NCBI GenBank assembly: GCA_032718475.1 | Contig: JAUCBJ010008937.1 | Span: 1-53,846, forward strand | DNA from: Nemertoderma westbladi | Taxonomy: Eukaryota > Animalia > Xenacoelomorpha | Direction: 5' to 3' | DNA: 53,846 bases | Shown here: positions 49,101-53,846 of the stretch, piece by piece | Layout: each line of letters opens with the position of its first letter | Numbering within the stretch: position 1 is the first letter of the stretch | The notes under the pieces: model-generated | What the model was told of the DNA's origin: nothing | Seen by the model: the letters and a program-made list of their open reading frames with translations, nothing else | Databases searched by the model: none | Program-made: the position numbers and the translations under genes

Positions 49101-51891
49101 TTAGTCGGGGTTGTGTCATTGAGTTTAATATCTTTGTGAATGGACAGTAAAGTCAGACCAGTTAGTCGGGGTTGTGTCATTGAGTTTAATATCTTTGTGA
49201 ATGGACAGTAAATCCAGACCAGTTAGTCGGGATTGTGTCATTGAGTTTAATATCTTTGTGAATGGACAGTAAATCCAGACCAGTTAGTCGGGGTTGTGTC
49301 ATTGAGTTAAAAAATCTTTGTGAATGGACAGTAAATCCAGACCAGTTAGTCGGGGTTGTGTCATTGAGTTTAATATCTTTGTGAATGGACAGTAAAGTCA
49401 AACCAGTTAGTCGGGTTTGTGTCATTGAGTTTAATATCTTTGTGAATGGACAGTAAATCCAGACCAGTTAGTCGGGGTTGTGTCATTGAGTTTAATATCT
49501 TTGTGAATGGACAGTAAATCCAGACCAGTTAGTCGGGGTTGTGTCATTGAGTTTAATATCTTTGTGAATGGACAGTAAAGTCAGACCAGTTAGTCGGGGT
49601 TGTGTCATTGAGTTTAATATCTTTGTGAATGGACAGTAAATCCAGACCAGTTAGTCGGGGTTGTGTCATTGAGTTTAATATCTTTGTGAATGGACAGTAA
49701 AGTCAAACCAGTTAGTCGGGTTTGTGTCATTGAGTTTAATATCTTTGTGAATGGACAGTAAATCCAGACCAGTTAGTCGGGGTTGTGTCATTGAGTTTAA
49801 TATCTTTGTGAATGGACAGTAAATCCAGACCAGTTAGTCGGGGTTGTGTCATTGAGTTTAATATCTTTGTGAATGGACAGTAAAGTCAGACCAGTTAGTC
49901 GGGGTTGTGTCATTGAGTTTAATATCTTTGTGAATGGACAGTAAAGTCAGACCAGTTAGTCGGGGTTGTGTCATTGAGTTTAATATCTTTGTGAATGGAC
50001 AGTAAAGTCAGACCAGTTAGTCGGGGTTGTGTCATTGAGTTTAATATCTTTGTGAATGGACAGTAAAGTCAAACCAGTTAGTCGGGTTTGTGTCATTGAG
50101 TTTAATATCTTTGTGAATGGACAGTAAATCCAGACCAGTTAGTCGGGGTTGTGTCATTGAGTTTAATATCTTTGTGAATGGACAGTAAAGTCAGACCAGT
50201 TAGTCGGGGTTGTGTCATTGAGTTTAATATCTTTGTGAATGGACAGTAAAGTCAGACCAGTTAGTCGGGGTTGTGTCATTGAGTTTAATATCTTTGTGAA
50301 TGGACAGTAAAGTCAGACCAGTTAGTCGGGGTTGTGTCATTGAGTTTAATATCTTTGTGAATGGACAGTAAAGTCAGACCAGTTAGTCGGGGTTGTGTCA
50401 TTGAGTTTAATATCTTTGTGAATGGACAGTAAAGTCAGACCAGTTAGTCGGGGTTGTGTCATTGAGTTTAATATCTTTGTGAATGGACAGTAAAGTCAAA
50501 CCAGTTAGTCGGGGTTGTGTCATTGAGTTTAATATCTTTGTGAATGGACAGTAAAGTCAGACCAGTTAGTCGGGGTTGTGTCATTGAGTTTAATATCTTT
50601 GTGAATGGACAGTAAAGTCAGACCAGTTAGTCGGGGTTGTGTCATTGAGTTTAATATCTTTGTGAATGGACAGTAAAGTCAGACCAGTTAGTCGGGGTTG
50701 TGTCATTGAGTTTAATATCTTTGTGAATGGACAGTAAAGTCCAGACCAGTTAGTCGGGGTTGTGTCATTGAGTTTAATATCTTTGTGAATGGACAGTAAA
50801 GTCAGACCAGTTAGTCGGGGTTGTGTCATTGAGTTTAATATCTTTGTGAATGGACAGTAAAGTCAGACCAGTTAGTCGGGGTTGTGTCATTGAGTTAAAA
50901 ATCTTTGTGAATGGACAGTAAAGTCAGACCAGTTAGTCGGGGTTGTGTCATTGAGTTTAATATCTTTGTGAATGGACAGTAAAGTCAGACCAGTTAGTCG
51001 GGGTTGTGTCATTGAGTTTAATATCTTTGTGAATGGACAGTAAAGTCAGACCAGTTAGTCGGGGTTGTGTCATTGAGTTTAATATCTTTGTGAATGGACA
51101 GTAAAGTCAGACCAGTTAGTCGGGGTTGTGTCATTGAGTTTAATATCTTTGTGAATGGACAGTAAAGTCAGACCAGTTAGTCGGGGTTGTGTCATTGAGT
51201 TTAATATCTTTGTGAATGGACAGTAAAGTCAGACCAGTTAGTCGGGGTTGTGTCATTGAGTTTAATATCTTTGTGAATGGACAGTAAAGTCAGACCAGTT
51301 AGTCGGGGTTGTGTCATTGAGTTTAATATCTTTGTGAATGGACAGTAAAGTCAGACCAGTTAGTCGGGGTTGTGTCATTGAGTTTAATATCTTTGTGAAT
51401 GGACAGTAAAGTCAGACCAGTTAGTCGGGGTTGTGTCATTGAGTTTAATATCTTTGTGAATGGACAGTAAAGTCAGACCAGTTAGTCGGGGTTGTGTCAT
51501 TGAGTTTAATATCTTTGTGAATGGACAGTAAAGTCAGACCAGTTAGTCGGGGTTGTGTCATTGAGTTTAATATCTTTGTGAATGGACAGTAAAGTCAGAC
51601 CAGTTAGTCGGGGTTGTGTCATTGTGGCACGCAAGTAAGATTTCAAAAGGTAGCGTTCGAAACAGGTAGCGTACCAAAGTATCACTATTCCTGGTAAAAA
51701 AAAGCAATCTTTGGCTTTCTTCACTCGAACTTTTTAATATCTAATGATAATTTGTTACCATCGGGAATTTTTGATATTATTGATTATAATACTTGGCAGC
51801 TTGGTATGTTATTATTTAAACAGGCATTCAAAATTAGATATAAGGTACGGATATAAGGTTGGAACACACTTTCAGAAATTTCGTGGAGGCA

Positions 51892-51922
<31 letters not shown>

Positions 51923-51933
51923 ATCCGCCCCTG
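46064..51933 (-). mobile_element. Internally deleted hAT transposon relic whose dimerisation-domain coding region is split by the 61-bp satellite
   Basis: Minus strand: TLPVSNAT/LKSYLRATM (51624-51670), unit MTQPRLTGLTLLSIHKDIKL, then TPDEIINVYAGRQARRLLVI* (stop at 46064). A hAT-like terminus CAGGGGCGGATCC lies at 51921-51933; no partner TIR was found. Confidence 0.8.
46127..51623. repeat. 61-bp satellite (GAGTTTAATATCTTTGTGAATGGACAGTAAAGTCAGACCAGTTAGTCGGGGTTGTGTCATT)n, ~90 units
   Basis: Directly visible; the register shifts by 1 base per 60-nt line. Confidence 0.97.
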
Positions 51934-52279
51934 TTCTCGACCTTATTTTATGGTGTAAAATGCGGCTATACACATACTAGGCTCAACCCATAGGGTTATG
52001 CATATGGGATACCCTAATAAAGTTTACAGACAGGGTTTTACTTTATAAATAACCCCGATTGTCGTAATAATTTTGGTTTTCGCCAGCAACCGTAAAATTG
52101 GTTCTCAACTGCATTCTTATAATGAGGTTATTTATATAACAAACTCCACTAGACAATAGGTAAACAGACACTCAGCTATCATTAGAGGCCCAAACATTCG
52201 GTCTGGTTTCCTGTATGCACCGTCATTGAATGGGAGGGTGCTAGGTTTTATAACCTCCTTCCTGTTTGCGGTACTGGCC

Positions 52280-52310
52280 CCACACTCAATACAGTATAAA
52301 AGCAGTAAGT
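52280..52310 (+). promoter_or_regulatory. Possible TATA-box promoter
   Basis: TATAAAAG at ~52296, with upstream ACAAT and GTAAACA motifs at ~52153-52166. Motif match only. Confidence 0.2.
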
Positions 52311-53846
52311 CAACGGACGTAGAGTGAAGAGTTAATGAAGCGACAATAATGGACCAATTTTATTTAATGCGCCTTCCAATAGGAGTTGGTCCTACTTTTG
52401 CTACCAGAGTTGCTCAGCTTACCTTATACGGAATGACAGGCTGCGGTTTATCGCATGCCGTAAATATTTTAGTGGCTTTTTACTTTGAGGTAAAAAGCAA
52501 TGTGCCTTTAGATTATAGCTGCTTCGTTCGCAAACAACATAGAAAGGTGGCATCGAGGTGTCATCATAGCAGAGATGTGGAGCAAGTTAATCGCAAATCT
52601 GAAGTGGAGTGCATCTAACCAAAACAATAAACGAAAGTGAATAGAACATGTTGCAGTTTTATCTTTCATAGCAATCAGCAAAGCAATATTTGCGTAGATT
52701 TTCCCTTGAGGAGCCCCCCCCCCCCCCCCCCCCCCCCCCCATCTGAACTGAATTTTCTATGAATTATTGGAAAACAATAATTGAATGTGCAACTAAACCG
52801 TCAACGTATTGGTTGACGCCACCCGAAACTCGAAGATATCATTTATTCTTTAAAATAATGGGATTGCCAAACTCTCGTACCGCGAAACCCAATTAATCCT
52901 TTGTCGAATTGAGGTGATAGGGACGTGTCACAATGAGGCGCATTACGTGATGAAGCTTTTAAGAATATTGTACTGGGTTGGTGTGGTTATCCCCTAACCC
53001 GATGTACTAATTACGATGACGTACCGTCGTATAACTCGGTGTAGGTGACCGGAGCGCCTCCCATATGGTCCATCCTAGACAATTCTTTTGTCGATGAGCC
53101 GCCAAAGGGTCTCACATGTCAACCCCTGACCCCTGAAGTTTGAGATGGCCATTACCTGTCCTCCCATTTTCGTGTCATAGTGACGACAAAGACGAATGGA
53201 GAATTGGGCTGAATGCAGCATTACATGGTAATTAGTTCAATATAGCTATTGTGGCAGCTTAAAGGCCTGAGGCGGTACAAATGAGGGACTTTCATAAAAA
53301 CAGCCTAAAGATATTTGCCGTCGATTTTTACGCAGTATAGGGTTTACGTCTCCGGTCTCCGTTCGTGGTGTTATTCAATACAGTTTAAACGCTGCATATC
53401 AATAATGGTGTAAAATTAACTAAAACTGAAATCACGTGGTGTACGTTTATCGCTGTAGAACAAATGTGAACCCGACATGACCCCACGCTCTGTTTCACAA
53501 AACAACTTATTTTAAGCAGAAAAATGTAAAGCTTTCACAGATTTGACCAATCTAAGCAAATCGAATCAAGATTCAATTTGATCTAAACCCACATCTTTAA
53601 TTCAATTTAATCTGTGTATTATAATAGGTACTTAACTGCATTATACACATATCGCACATCGCACTGGTAGTTACTACTGTGCACTGTAATAGTTTGTACT
53701 TGAGATGTAACAGAAGGACAGAGTTGTATGCCGGGTAGACTAACTCATTAATAAAGGGGTCAGTGAAAAGTTCAAGTTCAGCTCAGTGTGCTGTGAAGTT
53801 TGATGTCTAGACATGGATTTATACAGGCTGTGTGTAGGGTACAAAA

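Noticed and set aside
42040-51623. CRISPR-like or retron/DGR-like system (RT next to repeat arrays)
   Set aside because: The arrays have no unique spacers and there are no cas genes. The RT is an ordinary 5'-truncated LINE that inserted into a pre-existing array, with the empty site visible at ~46160.
52349-52618. 89-aa ORF after a TATA-like motif
   Set aside because: No recognisable domain, and the length is compatible with chance.

Overview
Animal (invertebrate-like, AT-rich, GT-AG intron) genomic window; no prokaryotic systems or CRISPR arrays. Host genes: ten phase-compatible exons (7795-32976, +) of a polycystin-1/REJ-domain (PKD1-like) gene that the ORF track shows only in fragments, a single-exon neurogenin-type bHLH gene (33752-34372, +) and an intronless tandem ubiquitin-like ORF (38320-38817, -). 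About 45% of the window is tandem repeat: (GGGGAT)n and 26-, 63-, 32-, 31- and 61-bp arrays, and the very long repetitive ORFs in the track are artefacts of these. Mobile elements: two copies of an RTE-like LINE, a probable LTR-element gag/LTR at the left edge, MITEs with TACACCAT termini, tRNA-derived SINEs and a hAT relic. Main discovery: three satellites can be traced to transposon coding sequence whose flanks are still intact. The 26-bp and 31-bp arrays expanded independently at almost the same place (HGFHHKL...CxCxxC...DRxH..C zinc-finger region) in two diverged copies of one LINE family, and the 61-bp array expanded inside a hAT transposase dimerisation domain. All family assignments come from motif recognition by eye, not database searches.
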